A model generated the notes under the pieces. It saw only the letters and a list, made by a program, of their open reading frames with translations, did no database searches and had not been told where the DNA came from. A DNA stretch of 27,329 nucleotides from a virus: the IMG/VR virus record IMGVR_UViG_3300013103_000050, positions 1 through 27,329 of that record; one strand, 5' to 3'. Position numbers and translations under genes: made by a program. The stretch's first letter is position 1. The number at the start of each line of letters is the position of its first letter. Below, one piece after another: positions 1 through 8,890 of the stretch.

Positions 1-647
1 AATTCACACAAGATGATATGGATAATGGTTATATACCATTACCTGATTCAATTATATATGTTGATGGTGTTCTTGATGGTGGTATCATGGGTAATTTATT
101 ACAACCTATGGGTGATCCAAGAGCAAGTTGGGTCGGATTTAATCCTTTTGTAAATGGTATGATTGGTACTGGAAATAATCCAAGTGCAACATCAAGTACA
201 AATGATCATGGTGGCGGTGGTGGTAATTTTGGTATTAGTGATTTTTTCCTAACAATGAATAATCTTGAAATGATGGGGGACATGTTAGGTACTAATGATC
301 ATCCAATTCAATTTAATAGACACACTCATAAAGTACATTTAATTAATAATTTCATTGCCACATTTGAAGCTAAGGTTGGAAATTTTATAGCATTTAATTC
401 ATTGAAATCATTAGATCCGGAAGAATATAATGATGTGTATAATGATAGATGGTTAAAAGAATATTTAACATATTTAATTCAGCGTAATTGGGGTGCTAAT
501 TTACGCAAATTTGGCGGTATACAACTTCCAGGTGCTGTTGATTTGGATGGTGAAAAACTATACGATGATGCACAAAATGTACTTGAAAGATTGGAAGAAG
601 AAATGTTAGATAAATACACATTTCCACCATTACCTGAATTTGGTTAA
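1..647 (+). CDS. gp13: Neck protein gp13 (5'-truncated by the window)
   Basis: The frame is open from the window start (FTQDD precedes the ORF-track Met at 18). DNGYIPLP, WLKEYLTYLIQRNWGANLRKFGGIQLPGAVDLDGEKLYDDA and C-terminal YTFPPLPEFG match T4-like gp13. It lies upstream of gp14. Confidence 0.93.
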   Translation, partial: FTQDDMDNGYIPLPDSIIYVDGVLDGGIMGNLLQPMGDPRASWVGFNPFVNGMIGTGNNPSATSSTNDHGGGGGNFGISDFFLTMNNLEMMGDMLGTNDHPIQFNRHTHKVHLINNFIATFEAKVGNFIAFNSLKSLDPEEYNDVYNDRWLKEYLTYLIQRNWGANLRKFGGIQLPGAVDLDGEKLYDDAQNVLERLEEEMLDKYTFPPLPEFG

Positions 648-710
648 TGGGTAGAAAAAGGGCTATTATGTATCAAAATGGGGGTTAATGTGTATAAAAA
701 GGGCTGTTAT
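642..710 (+). repeat. Imperfect 28-bp direct repeat, period 41 bp
   Basis: ggttaatgggtagaaaaagggctattat (642-669) vs ggttaatgtgtataaaaagggctgttat (683-710), 25/28 identical. Confidence 0.8.
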
Positions 711-712
711 AG

Positions 713-1474
713 ATGTTGAAGTTTAAACAATTTTTAGTAGAAAAGACTTTTAGATTAGGTCAAGATGTTGATATGATCTATAAGAATTATTTTGCCAAAT
801 ATATGAAAGATATTAGAAGTGATAAATGGGATGGTAGATTTAAAGTAGAGGTCATATCATCTGCTTTTTTAAAATCGGCTGATTCTAAAAAAGCACATAA
901 ATTAAATCCAATTCACATTGTTATGAATAGTAAAAATGAATCTGGAAATTTTTATAATCCTATTAGTAAATATATATCATTAAAAATTAATGATAATGCT
1001 TTGGAAATATTAAAGCAAGCTAATATGAATTTTAATGATGCAGGTGAGTTGCTTTCTGGTCGAAAAAAAGAATGGATGAATGATTTATCTGAAAATAGAA
1101 TAAAGGGTACAATTTATCATGAATTATCTCATTGGATAGATGATTCAATTCACAATCAACATATTGAAAAAATGCTAATAAAAGCACATGAACCTGGACA
1201 TCGTGATGTTTTAAAACAAGGGTCTAAGGGTGTCAATTCTTCTTATTATGAGATTAATGCTCAGGTACATGCAGTAAAACAAATTAAAAGGCAAATGTCT
1301 AAATCTAAATATGATTCTTTAACATTTGATGAATTGGTTGCTGGTTCGTCTGCTTTAACCACAATGACCAATTTAAATAAAGATGCTGGATCATATGATC
1401 AATGGCGAAAAGATTTATTAAAAAGACTATCAAGAGAAAAATTGTTAGGAAAGAGCATGAAATTTAAATTTTAA
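713..1474 (+). CDS. Putative zincin-like (HExxH) metallopeptidase with a capsid-targeting-like N-terminus
   Basis: HELSH at aa136-140 (nt 1118-1132) with a downstream YEINA (E180) as candidate third ligand. N-terminus MLKFKQFLVE resembles the T4 internal-protein CTS (MKTYQEFIAE). Confidence 0.55.
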   Translation: MLKFKQFLVEKTFRLGQDVDMIYKNYFAKYMKDIRSDKWDGRFKVEVISSAFLKSADSKKAHKLNPIHIVMNSKNESGNFYNPISKYISLKINDNALEILKQANMNFNDAGELLSGRKKEWMNDLSENRIKGTIYHELSHWIDDSIHNQHIEKMLIKAHEPGHRDVLKQGSKGVNSSYYEINAQVHAVKQIKRQMSKSKYDSLTFDELVAGSSALTTMTNLNKDAGSYDQWRKDLLKRLSREKLLGKSMKFKF

Positions 1475-1509
1475 TAAATAGTATAAATTAACTTAAAAGG
1501 AAAAGAAAA

Positions 1510-2001
1510 ATGGGAAATATTTTAACAACAAAAGAACTTGGTGAATACAGACAAATGATTATTGATGAATTGGCTGGTGATCCAATGATTGATGGTGCAA
1601 CATTGGAAGCATTGGTTGATGTTTATGATGTGGCAAAATATGTCGAACGTTTAAATCACGTTGTTGATAATATCAAATCTACTCACAGTTTAAACAATGT
1701 TACTGGTGGTGAATTGGATGTTGCTGTAACTGTTTCAACTGCTGGTACGGGTTATGTTGAAGGTGCTACTTATCCGGTTGCTGGTGTATCTGGTGATGGT
1801 GGTGTAATGACTATTCTTACCGTTGATACTGGTGGTGAAATCTTAACAGCCGAAGTATCAAATGTTGGTATTGGTTATGATACTCCAACTGTTGATTTAA
1901 CAGGTGATGGTGATGGTCTTGGTGTAGTTGCTTTAACTGCTGGTGCAATTACTGCTCTTGATCAATCTACTGTTTTGGATGATATGTTAGCGTCTGTTTA
2001 A
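1510..2001 (+). CDS. Hypothetical, probably structural protein with a GxGY beta-repeat module
   Basis: 163-aa ORF with AAGG upstream and codon usage like the highly expressed genes (GGT/GTT/GCT/ACT). TAGTGY...NVGIGYDTPTVDLTGDG resembles the repeats inserted in the sheath protein. Confidence 0.7.
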   Translation: MGNILTTKELGEYRQMIIDELAGDPMIDGATLEALVDVYDVAKYVERLNHVVDNIKSTHSLNNVTGGELDVAVTVSTAGTGYVEGATYPVAGVSGDGGVMTILTVDTGGEILTAEVSNVGIGYDTPTVDLTGDGDGLGVVALTAGAITALDQSTVLDDMLASV

Positions 2002-2003
2002 TA

Positions 2004-2048
2004 GAAATTCCCTATTGTTATAAATAATAAAAACAATAGGGACATTTC
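2004..2048 (+). promoter_or_regulatory. Stem-loop with a late promoter (TATAAATA 2019-2026) mostly in the loop and the gp14 RBS in the 3' arm
   Basis: Perfect 11-bp stem tccctattgtt (2009-2019) / aacaataggga (2032-2042), extended by gaaat/atttc with one bulge up to the base before the ATG at 2049. Confidence 0.8.
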
Positions 2049-2696
2049 ATGGCTGTAAACCATTATTTAAATTTATACAAGAATAAACCAGAACAACAAT
2101 TAATTGAAAATCTAACGATTGAAGCAATTAAGTTTTATGGTATGGATCTACAATATATTCCAAGAGAAACACTTGAACGAGATCCTATTTTTGGTGAAGA
2201 TGTAAGAACTCAATTCACATCCAATTACTTGATAGAAATGTATCTTGAAACTGTTGATGGATGGGGTGGTGATGGTAACATGCTTGCCAATTTTGGTATG
2301 ACTATTAAAGATACCGCTACATTGGTATTATCTAAAAGAAGATTCCAAGAAACAATTCCCGAAAAAGTAAGACCATTAGAAGGTGATCTTATTTTCATTC
2401 CTATGTCCAATTCTTTATTGGAAATCAATTTTGTTGAACATGAAAATCCTTTTTATCAATTAGGAAAAGTATTCACATACAAATTAACCGTAGAAAACTT
2501 CACATATAGTCATGAAAACTTTGATACAGGTCAGGCATCTATTGACAGAATTAATAGTGATTTCTCATACTCAGAAACTATGGATGAAGCTGATAATGAA
2601 GAAATTCAGGAAGAATCTGATTTAATTGTGATAGAAACTGAAAACCCTAAAGATGATTTTGAAAATAATAAAGACAATTTCCCATTTGATTTTTAA
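2049..2696 (+). CDS. gp14: Neck protein gp14
   Basis: EQQLIENLTIEAIKFYGMDLQYIPRE, IEMYLE, PLEGDLIFIP, EINFVEHENPFYQLGK and FTYSHE are characteristic. Synteny fits. Confidence 0.95.
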   Translation: MAVNHYLNLYKNKPEQQLIENLTIEAIKFYGMDLQYIPRETLERDPIFGEDVRTQFTSNYLIEMYLETVDGWGGDGNMLANFGMTIKDTATLVLSKRRFQETIPEKVRPLEGDLIFIPMSNSLLEINFVEHENPFYQLGKVFTYKLTVENFTYSHENFDTGQASIDRINSDFSYSETMDEADNEEIQEESDLIVIETENPKDDFENNKDNFPFDF

Positions 2697-2700
2697 TTAT

Positions 2701-2708
2701 TATAAATA
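2701..2708 (+). promoter_or_regulatory. T4-type late promoter upstream of the homing endonuclease
   Basis: Exact TATAAATA ending 5 nt before the ATG at 2714. Confidence 0.75.
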
Positions 2709-2713
2709 TATGT

Positions 2714-3463
2714 ATGAATTATACTGTATATCAAACAACAAATATTGAAACTGGAAAAATTTACATTGGGTGTCATAAAACCCAGATCCCAAATGATGAA
2801 TATTTGGGATCTGGGAAACATTTAAAAAATTCAATAAAAAAATATGGTAAAGAAAATTTCACGAAAGAAATATTATTTAACTATGATAATGAATTTGAAA
2901 TGTATGAAAAGGAATTTGAAATAGTTGATGAAAATTTTATATGTAGACAAGACACATATAATATTGTTTTGGGTGGTTGTGGTGGCGGTCATTTAGGAAT
3001 GAAACACTCCAAAGAAACAAAAAATATAATGAAATATAATAATTTAGGAAATAAAAACCCTTTTTATGGAAAACACCATAATAATGAATCTAAGAAAAAA
3101 ATATCAAATACCCATAAAGGAAATCAATATAATTTGGGGAAATCGAGATCACAAAAAACTAAAAATAAAATATCCAAATCAATGAAAGGTTTATCCAAAT
3201 CACAAAAAACTAAAAATAAAATATCAGGTGAAAATAATTACAAATTTTCTGGATATTGGGTTACACCAAATGGAAACTTTATTACACTCAAAGAGGCATC
3301 ATTAAATATTGGTTCATCTTCACTTATTATGAACTGGTGTAAAAATTCAAATAAAATCATATCAAAAAATAATATTGGGAAATCTAAATATCTTCAATCA
3401 TTAAAAGATTATCCATTGGGAAAAACATTTAATGATATTGGATTTTCATTTATTCATAAATAG
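2714..3463 (+). mobile_element. Free-standing GIY-YIG homing endonuclease (Seg-like) with NUMOD3 repeats
   Basis: N-terminal YTVYQTTNIETGKIYIGCH...YLGSG...E is a GIY-YIG domain. NUMOD3-like HSKETK, HNNESKKKIS and SQKTKNKIS repeats follow. It is K/N-rich and intergenic between gp14 and gp15. Confidence 0.92.
3148..3225 (+). repeat. Exact 27-bp direct repeat (period 51 bp) duplicating a NUMOD3-like unit
   Basis: atcacaaaaaactaaaaataaaatatc at 3148-3174 and 3199-3225, encoding SQKTKNKIS twice. Confidence 0.9.
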
Positions 3464-3484
3464 TTATTATATAAGGAAATTTAA

Positions 3485-4279
3485 ATGAAAACCCCATTTT
3501 ATCATAATACCATAAGAAAGATTGTAATAGTTTTTGGTACATTATTTAATGAATTATCTATCAATCGTGAAGATCGTAATGGAATATATCAAGAAATTCC
3601 AGTGCCTATTTCATATATGACAAAGGAAAAATTCATTGCAAGAATTAATAACATCCAGCAACCTGGGGATGAAAAAATAACAATTGAAGAAACCTTACCT
3701 AAAATGTCTTATGAAATGACAGGTATGCGTTATGATAGTGCAAGAAAAGAAAATACTGTTCAAAAAATGCGTTCAAAAGAAAATGATGATTTATTCATGT
3801 TTCAAAGAGTGCCATATAATATAGAATTTACACTGAATATAGCCACACGTAAAATTGATGATAGTTTAAGGATTGTTGAACAAATTGTCCCCTATTTTAC
3901 ACCCGAACTTACATTAAAAATAATTGATATGGAACCATTGGATATCAATACAAATATACCAATTACATTGAGTGATACTAATTATGAAATTGATAGTCAA
4001 GGTGTATTTGATGATAGAAGAACCGTATTTTGGTCATTGACATTTACTGCACAAGCGTATTTGTATGCCAATTATAGAGACAATTCAATTATTAGAAAGG
4101 CTAATGTTAATATGAGAGATTTAGAAAGTGGTGCATTTTATGAACGTGTAATTGCTGAATTAGATCCAATTAATGCAAACAGCAATGATGATTATGACGT
4201 TAAGGTAACTATTGATAATGAAGAAGAAAATACTATACCTAATACAACGGGTGAAGATACGGAGATTGATATACAATGA
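3485..4279 (+). CDS. gp15: Tail sheath stabilizer / tail completion protein gp15
   Basis: FYHNTIRKIVIVFGTLFNEL, VPISY, LPKMSYEMTGMRYDSARK, VPYNIEF and EQIVPYFTP match gp15. Confidence 0.95.
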   Translation: MKTPFYHNTIRKIVIVFGTLFNELSINREDRNGIYQEIPVPISYMTKEKFIARINNIQQPGDEKITIEETLPKMSYEMTGMRYDSARKENTVQKMRSKENDDLFMFQRVPYNIEFTLNIATRKIDDSLRIVEQIVPYFTPELTLKIIDMEPLDINTNIPITLSDTNYEIDSQGVFDDRRTVFWSLTFTAQAYLYANYRDNSIIRKANVNMRDLESGAFYERVIAELDPINANSNDDYDVKVTIDNEEENTIPNTTGEDTEIDIQ

Positions 4280-4701
4280 AAAATAAAATAGATGATTTTT
4301 TTGATATGACTGATGATGTTCAAAATGAATTAGATGAAGTTGAAAATAAAGAAATTGATATAATTGAAGTTGAACCAATTATTCATCATCCAAGTATTAA
4401 AGAAAATGCATTAGATGATTATAATGCAACCCGTGAATCAATGAAAACAATGATCACTAAGGGTACGGTTATGATTGATGATTTAATTGCAGTTACCAAA
4501 GAATCAGAAAGTCCGAGAGCATATGAAGTATTATCCGGATATATGAAAACATTAACTGATATGAATAAAGCATTGATGGAAATTCACAAAGATACGAAAG
4601 AGATTACAGAGGAAAAAGAGCAAAAACAACATCAAGAAAATAATAGTTATGTGTATGTAGGTTCAACTGAGGATCTACAAAAAGAATTGGAGAATGACTA
4701 A
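4276..4701 (+). CDS. gp16: Terminase small subunit gp16
   Basis: DYNATRE...ESESPRAYEV...K...N...YVGSTEDLQK pattern. It lies directly upstream of the large terminase and overlaps the gp15 stop (ATGA). Confidence 0.9.
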   Translation: MKNKIDDFFDMTDDVQNELDEVENKEIDIIEVEPIIHHPSIKENALDDYNATRESMKTMITKGTVMIDDLIAVTKESESPRAYEVLSGYMKTLTDMNKALMEIHKDTKEITEEKEQKQHQENNSYVYVGSTEDLQKELEND

Positions 4702-4727
4702 TGAGTGAAGGTTCAGAGGGCTTTTAA

Positions 4728-6374
4728 ATGGCTCAGATAAACAATTTTTATAATGGTAATCCAAAACTAAAAAAAGCTGGAATTAAACAACCATATACAA
4801 AAGAACTTAAAGCGGAATATAGAAAATGTCGTGATGATATTATATATTTCACAAAGAAGTATTGTAAAATCGTGTCCTTAGACGAAGGATTAGTTAATTT
4901 TGAATTAAGAGATTATCAAGAAAGATTATTAAATGATTATTCAAATAATAGGTTTAATATTGTCTTAACATCAAGACAAACTGGTAAAACTATTACAACG
5001 GCCGCATTTTTAATACATTATTTAGTATTCAATGGATATAAATCCGTGGCATTGGTTGCAAATAAAGCAAAAACTGCCAGAGAAATTTTACATAGAATGA
5101 AAAGGATGTATGAAGGATTACCATTTTTCTTACAACCTGGGGTTGTGGAATGGAATAAATCAAGTGTAGAATTGGGTAATGGGTCAACTGTTGTAGCAGG
5201 ATCAACAACATCTGACACTATTCGTGGATTTTCATTCAACATGGTTATGGTTGATGAAGCTGGGTTCATTGATGGATTTGAAGATTTTTATACATCAACA
5301 TATCCTGTTGTATCATCTGGTAAAGAATCAAAGATTATTCTAATATCTACTCCAAATGGAATTAACCTTTTTTATAAATTGTGGAAAGAGGCGAAATTGG
5401 GACATAATACCTTTCATCCGTCAAGGGTAGATTGGTGGGAAGTTCCACATTATGATGAAGCATGGAAAACTGAAACCATTAAAAATATTGGTCAAAAAAG
5501 ATTTGATCAGGAATATGGTAATAAGTTTTATGGTTCAAGTGGTACATTAATTGATGGTAATAAACTTGAATTACTTACATGGGTTGATTCATTAGAAAAT
5601 GATGATGAAAATTATAACGAATATAATGAACCAGAAAAAGGACATAATTATGTTATAACTGTTGATCCATCTGAGGGTGTTGGTATAGATTCTAGTGTTT
5701 GTAATGTTATGGATATTACAGAATTTCCATATAAACAGGTTGCAGTATATAAAAATAATTTAGTTCCTGTATTATTATTGCCTGAAATTGTCATACAATT
5801 AGCACATAAATTCAATATGGCATATGTATTAGTGGAAACAAATAGCATTGGAGCACAAGTAGGATCAACGATATATTATGATTATGAATATGATAATATT
5901 ATTACATCTGCTATTAAATATGGTGATAATGAATTAGGTATATCGAGTAAGAATTTAGATTTTGGGTTAAGAATGACAAAAAAATCTAAATTGATAGGAT
6001 GTTCAAACTTAAAACAATTGATTGAAAGTGATAAATTAGAAATTCAAGATTTTGATACAATCGAAGAACTTAATACATTTTCCAAAAAAGGAAAGAGTTA
6101 TGAAGCAGAAGAAAATAAGCATGATGATATAGTCATGACATTAGTTTCATTTGCTTGGTTGACAACACAAGATTATTTTTCTGATTTATTCAATGTTGAC
6201 GTAAAACGAGAAGTATTGAATAAAATGAAGGGAGATATGAATATGCCAATGAATGTTGGGTTCATGCCTGATCATAATCCTGAATTACCAACTGATATCT
6301 ATGTTCCTGATTATGGTATCAATAATCCAATGAATTCACAAAATGAACTAAATATACCATTTGATCAATGGTGA
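4728..6374 (+). CDS. gp17: Terminase large subunit gp17
   Basis: YQ motif (LRDYQ), Walker A SRQTGKT, Walker B MVMVDE, ISTPNG, RNase H-like VITVDPSEG and HDDIVMTL. No intron or intein is evident. Confidence 0.97.
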   Translation: MAQINNFYNGNPKLKKAGIKQPYTKELKAEYRKCRDDIIYFTKKYCKIVSLDEGLVNFELRDYQERLLNDYSNNRFNIVLTSRQTGKTITTAAFLIHYLVFNGYKSVALVANKAKTAREILHRMKRMYEGLPFFLQPGVVEWNKSSVELGNGSTVVAGSTTSDTIRGFSFNMVMVDEAGFIDGFEDFYTSTYPVVSSGKESKIILISTPNGINLFYKLWKEAKLGHNTFHPSRVDWWEVPHYDEAWKTETIKNIGQKRFDQEYGNKFYGSSGTLIDGNKLELLTWVDSLENDDENYNEYNEPEKGHNYVITVDPSEGVGIDSSVCNVMDITEFPYKQVAVYKNNLVPVLLLPEIVIQLAHKFNMAYVLVETNSIGAQVGSTIYYDYEYDNIITSAIKYGDNELGISSKNLDFGLRMTKKSKLIGCSNLKQLIESDKLEIQDFDTIEELNTFSKKGKSYEAEENKHDDIVMTLVSFAWLTTQDYFSDLFNVDVKREVLNKMKGDMNMPMNVGFMPDHNPELPTDIYVPDYGINNPMNSQNELNIPFDQW

Positions 6375-6391
6375 GTTAAGAACGAAAAAAT

Positions 6392-6414
6392 ACTAAATAG
6401 ATAAAAGATAAATA
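6392..6414 (+). promoter_or_regulatory. Candidate late promoter variants upstream of gp18 (ACTAAATA 6392-6399, GATAAATA 6407-6414)
   Basis: One-mismatch versions of TATAAATA in the intergenic gap, followed by a strong SD (GGAAGGAG). Confidence 0.5.
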
Positions 6415-6444
6415 ATATTTAATTGAATAGGAAGGAGAATACTA

Positions 6445-8877
6445 ATGGGATTTCAATTATCTCCAGGTGTTAATGTTAGTGAAGTTGATTTAACAGGATT
6501 TGTACCTGCCGTTGGAACAAGTGGTGGTGCTTTTGTTGGTCAGTTTGAGTGGGGTCCAGTATTGGATTACACCACACTAGAAAATAAGAAATTATTACAA
6601 AAGTGGTTTGGTAAACCAAATGATGTAAATTACCGTGATTGGTTTTCATGTTCAAACTTTTTGGATTATTCAAATAATCTGAATATTGTTCGTGTAGTCG
6701 ATGATGCGGTTGCTTTAAATTCTGATGTTGTTGGAACAGGTATTTTAATTAAAAATTCAACACATTATACCGAAGTTTATGGTACTCCATTGGGAGATGC
6801 TTCATTTATGGCATCAAAATATCCAGGATCAAAAGGTGATACCATTCGTATAATTGTTATTGATAATAACACATATGATGAAGTTGCTTTGGATTATGGT
6901 GATGTTTTACCAAATAAACCAGAAACAAGTGATTATGTTAGAAATGTTGGTGGTGAAAATGATGAAGTACATATTTTAGTTTTAGATACATTAGGTAATT
7001 TTACTGGTGTTCCTGGAGCAGTTCTTGAAACTTATGAATTCTTATCAAAAGCTAGTGATGCTGTTGATTTAGACGGTAAACCAATTTTTTATGGTAGTGT
7101 TTTAAACAAAGAATCAGAATATGTATGGTTCTTAGAAGTTCCAGATAGTGCAGATCTTGCCGTTGGTGGATCAATTCAATCAATCAGTCTTATTGATGGT
7201 GGTGATGGTTATACTGTTGCTCCCGCAGTTGTTATTACTGGTGATGGTTCAGGTGCTACTGCTACTGCTGTTTTAGCAAGTACAGGTGAAGTTTGGGATG
7301 ATGTTATCATTACTCTTAATGATCGATATGCAATTGCTCCAACAATTACTGTAAATGGTGATGGTTCAGGTGCTCTTGCTACTGCTGTTTTAACAAGTGA
7401 TGGTGAACTTGATTCAATTACACTTTCAAATGGTGGAGCAGGATATAATGTTGGTGATACGATTGCCGTAACAGGTGATGGTGTTGGTGCAACTGCTGAG
7501 GTTGGTTCTGAAACTGGTAATGTAATTGATACAATCATAGTTACAAATGCAGGGTCAGGTTATACAACTATTGTAATCGATCCGGATACTACTTCTGGTG
7601 GTGGATCAGGTGGTGTTGCTACTGGTAATCTTACATTTGAAGTTGATGTTGTAAATATCACAAATGGTGGTTCAGCGTATACAAGTGCTACAATCGCATT
7701 TAATAGTGGTATTGCTACTGCTACCGTTACTGTTCAATTTGCAGTTGATGCTGTAAATATTGTTGTAAATGGTTCAGATTATATTGATGGTACAACTGTT
7801 GTTGATATTGCTATTGAAAATGGCGTTCAAGCTACTGGTACTGCCGTTGTAACTCCAGGAGCAGATTATGATGCTATTTGGAATACCCCTGCTTTAAACA
7901 GTAAATATCAATCACTAGCAAGTGCTTGGGATAAACAATTTACAGGTGGTGTTGATTCAGCAAATGTTGATGAAAGTGCATTAATTGAAGGTTGGGACAT
8001 GTTCCGAAATTCAGAAGTTGTTGATGTATCATTACTTATTATTGGTGATGCTGGTGAAGGTATCGGTCCGAATTCACATACAACTGTTGTTAAACATGTA
8101 GTTGAAAATATTGCAAGTTGGAGAAAAGATTGTGTTGCATTTTTCAGTCCAAAATATTCAGATGTTGTTAATCAACCCGAAACGTTAGCGGTAGAAAATT
8201 GTGTTAATACACGAAACAATGTCAACATTTCAAGTTCATACGGATTTATGGATAGTGGTTGGAAATATCAATATGATGTTCACAATGACAAATATCGTTG
8301 GATTCCATTAAATGCTGATATGGCTGGTGTTTGTGCTCAAAGTGATTTAGCCCGTGATCCTTGGTGGAGTCCTGCTGGATTTAATCGTGGACAGATTAAA
8401 AATGTTATTAAATTAGCATTAAATCCAAATAAGGGAAATCGTGATGAACTATATCAATCGAATGTAAATCCGGTTGTATCGTTTGTTGGTGAGGGAGTAT
8501 TACTATATGGTGATAGAACTCAATTAGCAAGACCAAGTTTATTCCAAAAATTAAACGTTCGTAGATTGTTTATTGTACTTGAAAAAGCGATTGCAAGATC
8601 TGCCAAATATCAATTATTTGAATTCAATGATGCATTTACAAGAGCACAATTTGTTTCACAAGTTGAGCCATATTTACGTGATGTTCAAGGTCGTAGGGGA
8701 ATTAATGATTTCCGTGTAGTGTGTGATGAAACTAATAATACAGGCGAAGTAATTGATCGTTCTGAATTTGTTGGTGATATTTACATTAAACCAAATAACT
8801 CAATTAATTTCATTCAATTAAACTTTGTTGCGGTTCGTAATGGTGTTGATTTTGATGAAATCGTTGGTAAATTTTAA
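6445..8877 (+). CDS. gp18: Tail sheath protein gp18 with an internal repeat insertion (about aa240-470)
   Basis: MGFQLSPGVNVSEVD, GQFEWGP, DSGWKYQYD, WWSPAGFNRGQI, RDELYQSNVNPV, LNVRRLF and IYIKPNNSINFIQLNFVAVR. Confidence 0.97.
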   Translation: MGFQLSPGVNVSEVDLTGFVPAVGTSGGAFVGQFEWGPVLDYTTLENKKLLQKWFGKPNDVNYRDWFSCSNFLDYSNNLNIVRVVDDAVALNSDVVGTGILIKNSTHYTEVYGTPLGDASFMASKYPGSKGDTIRIIVIDNNTYDEVALDYGDVLPNKPETSDYVRNVGGENDEVHILVLDTLGNFTGVPGAVLETYEFLSKASDAVDLDGKPIFYGSVLNKESEYVWFLEVPDSADLAVGGSIQSISLIDGGDGYTVAPAVVITGDGSGATATAVLASTGEVWDDVIITLNDRYAIAPTITVNGDGSGALATAVLTSDGELDSITLSNGGAGYNVGDTIAVTGDGVGATAEVGSETGNVIDTIIVTNAGSGYTTIVIDPDTTSGGGSGGVATGNLTFEVDVVNITNGGSAYTSATIAFNSGIATATVTVQFAVDAVNIVVNGSDYIDGTTVVDIAIENGVQATGTAVVTPGADYDAIWNTPALNSKYQSLASAWDKQFTGGVDSANVDESALIEGWDMFRNSEVVDVSLLIIGDAGEGIGPNSHTTVVKHVVENIASWRKDCVAFFSPKYSDVVNQPETLAVENCVNTRNNVNISSSYGFMDSGWKYQYDVHNDKYRWIPLNADMAGVCAQSDLARDPWWSPAGFNRGQIKNVIKLALNPNKGNRDELYQSNVNPVVSFVGEGVLLYGDRTQLARPSLFQKLNVRRLFIVLEKAIARSAKYQLFEFNDAFTRAQFVSQVEPYLRDVQGRRGINDFRVVCDETNNTGEVIDRSEFVGDIYIKPNNSINFIQLNFVAVRNGVDFDEIVGKF
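7239..7398 (+). repeat. 43-bp direct repeat (period 117 bp = 39 aa) in the sheath insertion
   Basis: tggtgatggttcaggtgct(act/ctt)gctactgctgtttta(g/a)caagt at 7239-7281 and 7356-7398, 40/43 identical. Confidence 0.85.
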
Positions 8878-8890
8878 TAAGGAGTAAGTA

